Of a DNA stretch of 64,000 bases, positions 38,120-50,301 are shown piece by piece. Under the pieces are notes generated by a model that saw nothing but the letters and a program-made list of their open reading frames with translations, ran no database searches and was not told where the DNA came from. Source of the stretch: Laetmonice hystrix. Lineage: Eukaryota. Where the stretch lies: assembly GCA_965235115.1 (NCBI GenBank), contig OZ249440.1:7440001-7504000 (forward strand). The letters run 5' to 3'. Made by a program: the position numbers and the translations under genes. The first letter of the stretch is position 1. Every line of letters begins with the position of its first letter.

Positions 38120-41100
38120 CTACATGTCTTCTGATTGGACGGGATTCAGGTCCTTTTCATAGACGGGACAGGGACCATTTTTACCTGGCCGGACCCGTGG
38201 TGGAGTATTCATATATACCTCTCCCTCATTTTCTACATACACACCAGGCTCGTTTGGATCCTGAAGTCGGTTTTCAATGTCCTCATTATCTTCCCTCATG
38301 TCTGTGATGGAGGGTGCTCTGGCCACGGGAATACAGCGGGGAGAAGGCTTGAAGATGCTTGCCAGACCCTTCCAGCTGTCCTGGTTAGTAGGGGGCGCTG
38401 GGCGGAGACACCTGTCATCCTCCTCTGGTGTAGTCCCACGAGAGAAAAAGCCAAAGAAGAAGCGACGACTAGATGTTGGACTCTGTATGGGCGTAACGTT
38501 CTGACTGTGTGCAGGAGTAACAGGCAACGACTGCACCATTCTTGATGTGTACTGGAAATTTTGCATTTCTAAGATTTCATCCGTCGGCCGAGATGCCATG
38601 TAGTCAGCACGGACAGATAACCGTCGTCTACGGGGTGAGGTGATGACCGACTCGTACAGGCGGTGCTTCATGATCTCAGCAGAGATTCTGCGGGAACGTG
38701 CATCTTCCTGAAGATTCATGCGCTTGACAGGGTCAAGCTGAGTCAAGTTCTGTGAAGATCCTGTCAAGACACAACAATGTTCCAATACATTATTCTACGA
38801 TCATCAATAAGGACTTCAGACCGTCCTAAGAAAACCAGGTACTCGATAAATTAAACAGGTGGGTGCGTTGATGACTGCTGCCATCTCCTCCCACCTGGTC
38901 CAAGGCAGATATGTTTGGCCTGTTTAAAACTGATCAGATACACACAAAGTATATATGGTTGATATCGATAGGAAGACATACCATATGGGACAAAGAAGTA
39001 TATCCAGACCAATACCAGGAAGCATAACATGATAGGAAATGATCTGATAATAAATACTGTAAATGGGTACTCTGATGGCGTCGAAATTACACAATAAAGA
39101 GCTCGATGGAATATTGGAGTTCAGCAGGAAATACAGTAGTTGTCACATAAGAATGAGTCTTGAGAAGCTCTTGCCATTAATAGTGTCAAATAATATGAGA
39201 AATGTGATAAGGCAACTAAGAATAAAAAAAACTGTTGATAGTTACATTCTTTGAACTCAAAAAAATAAAATATGAAAGACAGAATTTGGGCAAAAGTACT
39301 CATGCAAAAACGCATGCATAAGAAATAAATGTTTTTATCTTTGACCAAACGACATAACTTCTGCCACAGTAATAGACTCTTTAGCCACTTATAAATATGA
39401 AGCTAAACCCCTTTCATGCTTCTACCATGCTTTTAAAAATTCGAAAAAATTTTCACAGAAAATTCTGCAGTGTAAAAAAACACTTGGGTATTGGCCATTT
39501 GCATTCATCTTAAATATTCCTCAATTGAGCAGATAACTGTAAATATATTACTTGCAAACATGGTTCTTTTGTGAAATCTTTGTCAGCAGCTGCCAAACCA
39601 CCGTCCTTGTATGGGCTTGCAACATTATGTCCGATCAGGTTATCTCAGCAGGTACCCTTTATGAGAGTCAAACAAAAACTTTGGCCTGATTTTCCATCTG
39701 AACAGTTCAGCCCAAGCTACCTGCTAAGGAAAGCTCTATGCTGAGACTTGCTGCCCACCTTTTCTTTTTTACATCACTCCACGCAGGAGATACGTCAGCC
39801 CCGCCCGCCCAGCAGCCGTCCCCTGAACCCTGGCAGTCTGATAGTTTGGCTCTGGGTGATTCTGGCTTGCTTGGTATGCCCCCTCCCCCAACCCATCACA
39901 TACCAAAGGCAAAGCTCACAGGTACTCTGTACTGGAACCTAGTAACTACAGCTGGTTTTACTGGGCCCCTAGGTTCTCCTTCTGTACAACCTATGAGAGT
40001 TCTTTGCCACCCTATAATCAGATTAAATCATAGGAATACATTTTCATCATGGCTACAGGATAAACTAAGCTTTCAACTGCACAACTAGCGTCGTGTATTA
40101 GTGGGAAATTATGGTCAACGGGCGATTTGAATGTTTGTGAACGTTAAAACTTTGACTGGTGGTTCAGTCTTTGAATTCAGAGAAGGTCCAGCTTTCCTGC
40201 GTCTGGCTAGGTCCCATATAAACATCATACAACAATGCATGAATGCCAATCTTGATCTTTCCCGCTCTTATTCTCTCTCCTTGCCAGACCAACCCTACAT
40301 GTTCCCCAAACAATATGGCAGCACCCACAAACCATCTTTTGCTGGTGAATATCTACTTTGAACGGGAAATTTAATGTCCATTGTGGGTAAATATATTCCG
40401 TCATATTTTAAGACGAATGCAGAGTGTGGAATACACCATTCAACTGCGGGAAGATTGCACAGAATACGTAAGGGTTGGCAGGTATGCTGTTGAACCCCTC
40501 TTAGCCAAATTTCTCCTCAAACCCCCTGTTATCAAAATCCTGGATTCATCCATGGCATGCAAGGTATCTGAAACCTCACAAAGTTCTTTCAATAATTTCT
40601 CAAAATTTATAGAAAATCGAAGGCAATCCCAGTATGAAAGTCATCATCTACTTCAAATACTATACTACATCCCACAATCATTACCTGACAGAAAATATTT
40701 TAAAATCCCAAAATACTTAGTGAAGTCAACTCTTTGTAAAGATTATGTCTACAGAGTTTCACAATACAAAAAAATGGCGACCAAGACTTTTGAAAGCTCT
40801 ACATCAAGAACTGCATTTTGAATTATTCAATACAGGTCCATTAACATTCTGCACTTCAAACAAACTTCAAGATAACAAACTAATATAGAATAAATATCAT
40901 GATAAATGAATTTTTTAAAATCTTGGAATCACTTTTCCCTCATTTGTAGCCTCTCACACATACATGCACTCACAATGAAAACCATTAATACTGTTGTGAA
41001 TGTAACAATTTTACACTGTTTTCAAACAAAAACTTTTCAAGGTTTTGGATCATGCTAACTATAAGACAGTTAAAACTTTTACAAGCTTCTTCATCATGTC

Positions 41101-42440
41101 AAACTCTAGTAGAGAACCGTCCATGGAGAATAAATTCACAACAAATTGATTTTTCATACATTTACTCTATAAATATGAAAAAAGTGATATCTATGTAAAA
41201 AAAAAACCTGGATGCTCCTAGTCCTTTCCTTGACCAGTTTAGGTTGAGAACAGATGATTGGTATTTCCTTTAAAACACTCTACTACTACTACTACTATAC
41301 TACACTTACTTGTCATTAGACCACGTTCTTCAATGCCTACATCCACAACAATTGAAGGGTAAAATTTAACATTCTCAAAATATTTATTTTGAATAAATTG
41401 ATGCAAATATAATGAAATGATCATATTATGATCATATAATCAGATGCCACTTTGATCAATTCTGTCAGGTTGTCAGTTTTTTTGATATATCAACCTTCAG
41501 AGTTGATGGCATACCGGTACACTATGGAGGAAATGAAGAGCCTGTAGAAAAACAGTGGGGCGCAATAATTTAGCAAAAACTATTAAAAAGACTCCTCATG
41601 GCCATCAATTTTTTAATTTGAAGATTATTCTTTTTTCCATATTTCTTATTTCTGGCAATCAATGCTGAGTTGACCATCTGATTTGCATTTTCCAGACTTG
41701 GGTCATAATAAAATCTAAAATCCAGCCAAGTCAGACTGCTAATTGTTATTTTACAGTTATTTTACAAAATGGTATTGTTATTGTCTAGCATAAATTACTT
41801 TGACTGAGTTAGGCAATTATTTTTTTGCTGCTTCTCACACGCCTTAGCCTATCTTATGAATAAAATTTAAAATCAAAGCAACTTTCCTCAGTTTTACCTC
41901 TTTGTGGCCATAATTTCCAGACTATGGGATAAAATATTTGTTTGCATCGAGCATCTCTGCTATTTCAAATGGCATTCAATGCTCAACCCTCTAATATCAT
42001 GTATTCAACTCAATAAGCATACACATAATTTCAAATCTAATATCTAAAGCATACTATACAGTTCAACAGAGTACAATGAACAATTGATCTGGAAATAGTT
42101 TGGAAAACAAACATTATTCACAACATGATTGACAAGTATGATGTGCAGAATCTCATATGTAAAAAATTAAGAATTTATAGGAATATAGTCATTGATACTA
42201 ACCAAACGAGGCAAGATTTGTATTAGAGCCAGAGGACAGGCATTCCTTAGACTGACTGAGTGATGCCAAGTTTTGGTATTTATTTGCATTGCGCGAGAAT
42301 GATCTGAAGCGCCCTCTAGGTCTTGGTGGTGTGAATGAGAAGTTGGCGAACTCGTCGTCATGGTCATGTCCCCTTCGTAACCCATATCTCATGCTGCGTA
42401 CATGGCTTGGAGACGGCGCATGGTCAGATGCTTGCGCCAT
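38120..42440 (-). CDS. KIAA1191/p33MONOX-like protein, paralog A (~292 aa)
   Basis: Coding exons 42440-42203 (MAQASDHAPS..NLASF, phase 1, GTTAGT donor) and 38760-38120 (TTGACAG acceptor, phase-compatible). Motifs RRRRLS..TDEILEMQNFQ, QSLPVTPAHSQNVTPIQSPTSSRRFF and C-terminal KDLNPVQSEDM. The first coding exon begins at 42449. Confidence 0.65.
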
Positions 42441-42793
42441 GGCTGACACCTATCCGGGAAATACACAAAAAATAACATGAGTTCCTTTAATTGTTTCCAT
42501 GAAAGCTAAGTACGGTATCTAACAATTCGCTGTAATAGTTCCATTCGACCATTGCATTGGGAAGGGTGTTGGAGATGTGTAAGAATGTACCGTATTTCAA
42601 TTTTTTTGCATACAGTGCGAGTGGCTATCACTATCATCAGCCCTGTGAGACGGGGCTGACGATATTGGCTAAGCCTAAGGCCAGTAAGGGAGTAAAGCCT
42701 AAGGCTAAGCCTAGTACTAACAGTCTAAGTGTAAATTGTCAAAGGGCAGGCAAAGCCTAGTACTACTACTACTAGTACTAGGACAAGTACGTT

Positions 42794-43143
42794 TTAAAGG
42801 TGCTATTCGTGAAAAAAAGTTCAATTTTTTTATTTTTTATTTTGTTGACGTTTATGTGATCTATCCTATTATGGAAATAGATTCACAACAAAGGAAATCA
42901 AAATTTTTCATGGATAACGGCACAAATGGGGCTCTCTCAGAAGGCCTATGGAGACCCTGACACGCCCCACCATAGGAAATGGCTCTATCTCGGTGCGCAC
43001 CGAGATAGGTTTCAAATGCTGCACACAAACTAATAGAAGGTTTATCAGGCCAATGGTATCGGTAGGAATTTTTTCTAGTACTATATGTGCACAATGTATA
43101 ATAGGAGAAATGCCATTCTGTGCGAGATGAATAGCACCTTTAA
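42794..43143. mobile_element. Kolobok-type MITE
   Basis: TTAA-AGGTGCTATTC ... GAATAGCACCT-TTAA termini. Confidence 0.75.
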
Positions 43144-45384
43144 ATAGGGAGTTTATGTGACGTTCCAATGCAGTGGGACAAACGGTGTCACAGCCGCCGC
43201 AGGCTGTTGCGCTGTAGAAATCCTCCCAACATAAGGTCTAATTCTGGTCAAATTATTATAAATCTATAATCATCAGAAAGAGGAGAATCTGAGGATTCTG
43301 TTGGTTATAATCACTATGCTGTACCGTGAGGGGTTGCGGCGCAAGCGCTGGTTGAAGTGGCCGACTGCATGAAAAACCGTGCCGTGCTCTCAGCGGTGAA
43401 AACGTCCGAACGTTTTTGGCCTTGTCGGAAAATAGGCCTTATTATGACGCAATTTTTCATTCAATGTTACGCACAATGGGATCATGAGACCTATTTCAGC
43501 CAATAGGAAATGACTTCAGCTATCAGGAGCCGTTTGTAACTAAACGGTAGGTCAATAAACAACGGTTTTATGCCATTTTTTGTAGTTCTTCTCATTATAG
43601 TCACTATATTGATAATAGCTGAAATTTAGTTACAAACGGATCTTAGTAGAGTAGGGTGTTCTCTTTCATTTGGTAGTCCTTTAGGGAGTGTGTGATTAGT
43701 AACATTGAATGAAAATCGCATTTGAAAAATTTGAGTTTGGGGTGCTGACAGCCGCCGCCGCTGTAGTCAGTGCAGAGCGTAGCCGGGCTGCCTGGCTGTA
43801 CGCTCCCCGTATTGTGACGTCACCGTATCTGAGTGATGACAATAAACTGTCCCGTCATATCTCCATAGTTACGGTGTCTTGCTTATCGTGAGCAAGTGCT
43901 CATGTGAGCTTGTGTGCTCAGGGTAAACCAAAAAAAACCATCACAGCCGATGTAGAGTCTACTGCTCACGGTGAGCACTGCTCACATGAACAGTAAAATG
44001 CTGCTCAGCTCACATCTCAGCGAAAAAAAAACCCGGAAAAGCCGTTGCCATGCCATGGCTGGGAGTGGGGGTTGGGTTGTTATGTGCTGGGGGGGGGGGG
44101 GGGGGGGGTCATACAGGTCTGCAGGAAATCGGGGGGGGGGGGGGGGTCATACAGGTCTGCAGGGAGTTAGGTACTAGTATTAAAAACTAGTAGGCAATAT
44201 AGGTTTTTTTAAATTTTTTATTGATTTGTCGGCCACCTTGATTCCAATATGGCGTCTAATATGGCGGCCATCTTGGTTATGGGACTCAAATATATGTTAC
44301 AGTAAAGAGTGCAACAAATAGGAGAGAATGGAATAAGTAAATGTATGATATTTGCTGGATTCAGGCCATATATGACAATTTTCTGATTTGGCGGCCATAT
44401 TGATTCCAATATGGCTGCCAAATGGTGGCCATATTGTTTTTTTTTAATCTGAAGTGAGCCGTCATATTAACCACCTTAGTATTTGTACATTTTACCTTGA
44501 AAATCGCAAGAAATGTAATTTTAAGCATTTTATTCTTAATTAAAATGTCAAAAACACTCAAAACTGGCAGCCATTTTGAATTCAAAATGGCGTCCAATAT
44601 GGCCGACATAATTTTTTCTTCATCTTATCTTATACTACTGACTTAGATCTGCAAAATAAGGCCAAGATTAAGAATATTGGCCCAAAACATCCAAAGTTAT
44701 TTACTTCTTCATCAAAAAGCTAGACATAAAAAAGCCAAATTTGTGCCATGTTTTCAACCTCATCCCTATGGGAGAATTGTCCCACGAAAGCCCCATTTTT
44801 TCACACTTAAAATGTCCATAACTTCGGATAGAGACATGGTATCGAAGAAATTTAAACAGATTTGAAATGCACTCAATGAGCCCTTTCAGCTGATGTATCA
44901 CTTGTTTAGAAAAGATGCATTTGAAAAAATGGCCTAAACACCCTACTTTAAAGCCTACCACAGAATATGATTCAGGACTCACTTCACATCTGACCGAGTA
45001 AATGAGTATCTCAGTTTTGCTTAGGATAATTTGATTAATAAAATATCTAAGAACTAGATAGTTGAAGACGCAGACTAAAAGAAGTGCAGTTGAAGTGTCA
45101 AAAGCCCCCACTAGAACATAAACCTTAGAGCGGAGTATGGAGGTTTATTTGGATAGCCCTAATAAATTTGTTGACGTTTCTGTTGACTCAATCAATAAGT
45201 GACTGGTGTGGATACTGACAGTGACACTGAGTGATCAAGTGACAGTGACAGGTACTGGCAGTGGTAGGCCTAGCTATACACAGTCAGTGGTAGTGGCAGT
45301 ACTGCCAGTAGTGGTGGTGGTTTCTGTCACCGTGAGATTCTGTGGTAGGGGCAGGTGCCCGGCCCACTTATGGCACGTACTCAC

Positions 45385-45768
45385 CGTATTTCACTGGTCC
45401 AGCAACTATCTCCAATTATTTCAGCAACACCACATGTTATTATAGGGGAGCGTGCTTGTTTCCAGGACAGTCTTATTCCTTAAAACTGCAGGGCCTTGAA
45501 AATTGACAAATAATTTTGGTCAGGAATCGGCGACCTATCTTCCTCCTCCGACCTCTCGGAAAATCTCGCATAATATCGTAAATCCGAAGAAAAAATATCT
45601 TACTTTAGGATGCGTAAACGAATTATTTTACTTAAAGGATTCTGAAATATTCTTCTAATGCCAAGACAATTGTTTCTTATTCACATTTACATATTTTTGA
45701 GAGACATAACCTTATGACCCCAGTTGACGACTGTAAACAAGTTAGTCACGTGACAAACTCATGTAAAC
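45385..45768. promoter_or_regulatory. Bidirectional promoter: non-coding exon 1 of paralog A (-) and ARL10-like start (+)
   Basis: Minus-strand donor CG|GTGAGT at 45384; perfect GTCACGTGAC (45745-45754); YY1-like ACATGGCGGC over the ARL ATG at 45769. Confidence 0.55.
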
Positions 45769-48700
45769 ATGGCGGCTTGGTTTAGAGATATGCGCTCAAT
45801 ATCTAAAGCCGCAGTCATTGCAGGCTGCAGTGTCGCCTTGTCAGGCGCTGCTTATCTCATATACATGCGCCTTAAACACCAAAGAGAAGACAATCGTGAT
45901 GAAGGCTTTGAAGAAGTTTCCAAGGTAGAAATATTCAGGAATTTCAACTATGAACGCTGTTGACGTCTTGTTGTGGGTGGCCGGGATGTGGCCCTGGCCT
46001 TGGCTTGGCCCCGGGTTGCCTTGGCTTGGGACTAGATCTAGTACTATATGAGTAGGGTACTACCACTAGTAGTAGTAGTAGTGGGAGTTGGGTGGATCTA
46101 GCTTACTTCAAGTCCCCCCCCCCCACAATACGTACACACACAAGATCTTGCACACCGGGGTACAAAGTAATTAAAATTTAAATCAATTCAATGCATATAT
46201 AATTTGCAAGCGGTTCTGAAGGCGACATTTTAGCATAGAATTAGATAGGCTGATATCTGCTAATCTGTGGCTGGTTGCCATACCGACATGTGTTCTAAAG
46301 AGGTATGGCAATTTTTAGACTTCTTTCATTCACTTTAGTCCATATGAGTTATTATTTTATGGCTGCCGCACTTTCCCTGTCCTGATTGGTCAGTTCCCTG
46401 TCACGTGATCACAGATAAAAACTAATATTGCACGGAAAAGGTAATATTGACCAGTCAATATTACTTTTGCATTGCCGTCAAGTGTTTTCACCCCCTCGTG
46501 CAAATAGGCTCCTAGGCATTCTTAACGTAAGTTTAATAGAACAGCCTGGGGGGTGACAGCGTATGATAGCAAAGCGGAAACTACGCGAGGCTGAGTTCAG
46601 AATCTTGTATAGCCTCTAGTCTAGGCTAGCTCTAGGCCTAGCTAGATAAAGCAGTCGTGAACACGATGGATCCCTGTAGCCTATCTAATTTCCCGACATG
46701 AGAAGTTTATGTGGTGACTGATTGTTAATTGGTCACGGTTTTGATCATGGTTTACTGGAAAAATTGTGAGTACTGAGGCACTGAGGCTCAGCATACCGGT
46801 AGGCCTAGGTCTAGATGATGAGTCTTATGGAGTAAAGTTAAACTGACTGTGCAGTCGTCGATGGGTCCTGGCATAGACAGGAAAAGTGCAGCAGTCATAA
46901 AATAAAACAAATATGGCACTTGGTATCGTGCAATATGAAAATTTATGGCACTCTGGAAACTGATATTGCACTCCGCTTCGCGTCGTGCAATATCAGTTGC
47001 CATCGTGCCATAAATTTTCATATTGCACTCAACCAAGTGCCATATTTGTATAATATTATTTAGTAATGATAAGGCCAGGTCGTCCGACCTACAGCACATT
47101 AGCATTTTGTCATCCTATCTAAGCTTGTGCTAATGTACTCCAGCAAGGACTGACGTGCAGGTGCTGCCGCCATGCGGATTTGACTGGAAATCCCCATTGC
47201 GCATGCGTCAAATGTACCCCATTCTATTATATTTTAAATTTACGTTGATCAGTAATCCTACATCCTACAAAAGTGAAAAAGAAGGATATTGTTAGAAGAC
47301 CGACAGACAGACAAACTTATAACAGTGGCAGTCTCATAGCAAATATTAATAATATCCATTTCATGAAATACATGGCATAAACTATGAAGCACAGACCAAG
47401 AGGGCAGCCTGGGAAAAGTACATAAGAAAAGAAAGAATCATAGTTTTTTCTAGGCCAGTCATCATGCTGTATTAAATTTCATAATAAGTCAAAAAGTCAT
47501 CTTGACCGTGTTTTGGATGGTCGTGTGTATTTATGCTTAATAATACACAGGCCTTCCAGCAGACCCTGATGAAAAAGTAGGAGAAAAATAGGACCACAAT
47601 TTTGGAAAAAGCAGGAAAAAAGTAGGAATTGGGTATAATAAAAGTAAGATAAAAGTAGGAGTTTTGCAGGCTTGCAGGAGTAGTTTTCGTCCTTTACCAA
47701 TGTTGATAGCATAATTTCTTCACCTGGGCATGTTCTGTACACACAGTACTGGTGTTCCATCCTCAGAAAAGCTCTTGTTTTAATACTTACCTACTCCTGC
47801 ACATTATAGCCTTGCATTTACATGATTTATGTATTATGTTAAATGTTTCAAAAGGATTCTACAAAGATGATTACATGTTAAAATTAGATAAGCTCTACCT
47901 GACTATACTATAGTCAGCGGAGCTAAAAATTGAGATGTATCACGAAAAAGTAGGAAAAAGTAGGAAAAAGAAGGAATTTCAAGAAAAAAGTAGGAAAAGT
48001 AGGAGCAAGGCCAAAAAAGTAGGAAAAGTAGGACTGCTGGAAGGCCTGAATACAATATGGCATGGTTTATTTATATTCATACAGTTCTTATTGATTTGCA
48101 GATTGAGGACGAGGGATCAGAGAGGAAAGTCTTAGTTCTGGGTCTGGATGGCGCAGGGAAAAGCTCCCTGCTTGCATCACTAGGAAAACAAGACCAGTCA
48201 GTCATTGCCAAACCCACTGAAGGATTCAATGTCATGTGTGTCCAAACAGAGAAGGTGTCACTAAATATATGGGAAAGTGAGTGTCAAAGATATTCACCAA
48301 GAGTTAACATAACTAACGTAACAGTATAGTAATGAAAGTGCCAATAGAAGAATCTCTTTGGAAGTTTTCAGGCCTTAAATATATTATATATTCAATATAG
48401 GAAATGTGTTGTTGATTTTGATGACAGAATTAAAATTGATCTGGGAATACTTCCATGCCATAGTTCCCCACTGCAGCAAATGTTGATGGCACATCGATGT
48501 CTGTAGTGTGTCACTTAAATTTACAGTTGGAGGAGCAGTAGGAATGCGGCAGTACTGGAATAATTTTCTTCAAGATACCGGCATCCTTGTTTATGTTGTC
48601 GATTCGGCAGCACCAGATCGCTTCCCAGAGGCTTGCAATGCTTTGAAGGCTCTACTTACGGAGGATCTTCTGAAGGGTGTAGCAGTTGTTATCGTTGCTA

Positions 48701-49198
48701 GTAAACAGGCAAGTACGGTACCCAGAAACTTTTTAATGAATACTATTTAAATGAAAATTGACGTCTGTTATGATGCAGTTAAACTCCAGTTTAACAAGGA
48801 ATTCATTCCAAAAGTCTGACATCTAAAAGTATCAGATTAAAATAGAAAAATGGGTAGAATTTCAAGTTATTGCTAGCCTTGTAACCACCATTTCTAAAGA
48901 TAAATTCTTGTTCGGGTTGGGCAGGGCACCCAAAAATAGATGGTTGATGGCATACAATTGGTAAACCAAAATTTTAATGTGACGGGGCATAATTAATCTA
49001 TTAGTAATCACTATCTCTATAGCTCTATGTGACACATTACAGGATCGGCCAAATGCAAGAACTATTCAGGAAGTGCGGGCAGCCATGGATGTTGATCATG
49101 TGACAATGCTCAATGTGATGGCCACAGAGGCACCACCAAAGGGAACAAGAAAGGGCATTCATGAACTGGAACAGCTCTTGACTTCTTTGAGTTCCTAG
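45769..49198 (+). CDS. ARL10: ADP-ribosylation factor-like GTPase, ARL10/ARL9 family (222 aa)
   Basis: Exons 45769-45924, 48102-48276, 48527-48708, 49043-49198, all phase-compatible. N-terminal hydrophobic anchor (AAVIAGCSVALSGAAYLIY), G1 GLDGAGKS, G2 PTEGF, G3 WEIGG, YW..F, G4 SKQD. Intron 3 has a GC donor. Confidence 0.88.
46207..47224. mobile_element. Copy of the 53782-54139 MITE, interrupted by a 699-bp insertion
   Basis: 46207-46351 and 47051-47224 align colinearly with 53827-54139. Confidence 0.8.
46352..47050. mobile_element. 699-bp non-autonomous element with TA duplication, asymmetric subterminal inverted repeat and a long 3' hairpin
   Basis: Boundaries defined by the empty site at ~53970. 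TTATTTTATGGCTGCCGCACTTT..CTGTC pairs with GACAGGAAAAGTGCAGCAGTCATAAAATAA (~46877-46906). The terminal ~140 bp (46910-47047) is a large inverted repeat. Confidence 0.75.
47548..48048. mobile_element. CAG-terminal MITE with AAAAGTAGG subterminal repeats, in ARL intron 1
   Basis: TIR CAGGCCTTCCAGCAG / CTGCTGGAAGGCCTG; AATACA on both flanks. Confidence 0.85.
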
Positions 49199-50301
49199 TG
49201 TTTATATATTTAATAATAGATGAAAATGTTTACAGTTATTTTCCTCAAAAATAGTACACTTTTTTGTTTAGTTAACCTTTAGTATGGAAATATTAAGTAG
49301 TAAGGTACTGGTACGCGAATTAGTTAAGCTCACAATTTTAGTGTCAGTGGTATGAAACGGCATGTACAGTGCATTTATAGAAATAGATAAATAAAGCAAA
49401 TGTATAAGAGTATCCCAGGAGATATGATTTTGTAAGTACATGTATATTGAAGAAAAAGATGGAGTCATTGTTATAGCCCCAGTATGTGAGGTGGAAAAGA
49501 ACCAAGAACTACCAATTCTTTTTCAGGTTATGTGTTTGTGAAGTGCACTTAACTCACACATCTGTACATAAGGCCTTTAATCCCATCCATGTGGAATCTC
49601 CAGTATCACTTGTTCAGAATCTTTAGAAAGCTTTCTATTTCTGTGCTTATGTGTTATCTTTTTATATTTGCGGTATATGTATCCTAAAGTAGAAACAGAC
49701 ATATTTTGTTGGTTTCACCTGTGTAATGTGAAATAGTTATTGGGAAGATTTCCTGAATGTTTTTTTTTCCCAGAAATATTTGGTCAACCATATCAGTAGC
49801 GTTTAAATATAATTACTGGTGCTCTGATTGAACAGCAGGTTCTTTGTCCACCAAAGCATTCACATTTAGTGAAGTGATGCTTTGACTACTGGATTATGTA
49901 CCTGATGGTGAGAACAAGACATTCCATCCTGCTAGATTATTTATTTAGATTAAAAAAAGCTCAAATATCTATTTTAGTTCGGAAAAGTCTTCTTACCTGA
50001 AGTGAATTTCTACATTGTGATGACTAGCCGTTGATGCAGTTACAAAAATATTTGTTCACTGGTGATATTGGCCAGTAGTCAAGTCAAGTCCTGACTTAGT
50101 GCTTTTTGTCATGGTTACCTACGAGACGTTTTCTGGATTGAGGCTCCCCCCCCCCACGGCCTATTTTGTGATTTCAAATCTTATTCTATTCGCCCCAAAG
50201 GGTGCATGTGAATGCCAGCCAAACCTGGGAATGCCATCTGATGATTATTCTGAGAGGTTGCTATGTTGAACAGCATCATCTTTGATAGACCAACAGTCGT
50301 C

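Noticed and set aside
40381-40821. 146-aa plus-strand ORF
   Set aside because: Non-ATG start, antisense within paralog A intron, overlaps a MITE-like end (GTTGGCAGGTATG).
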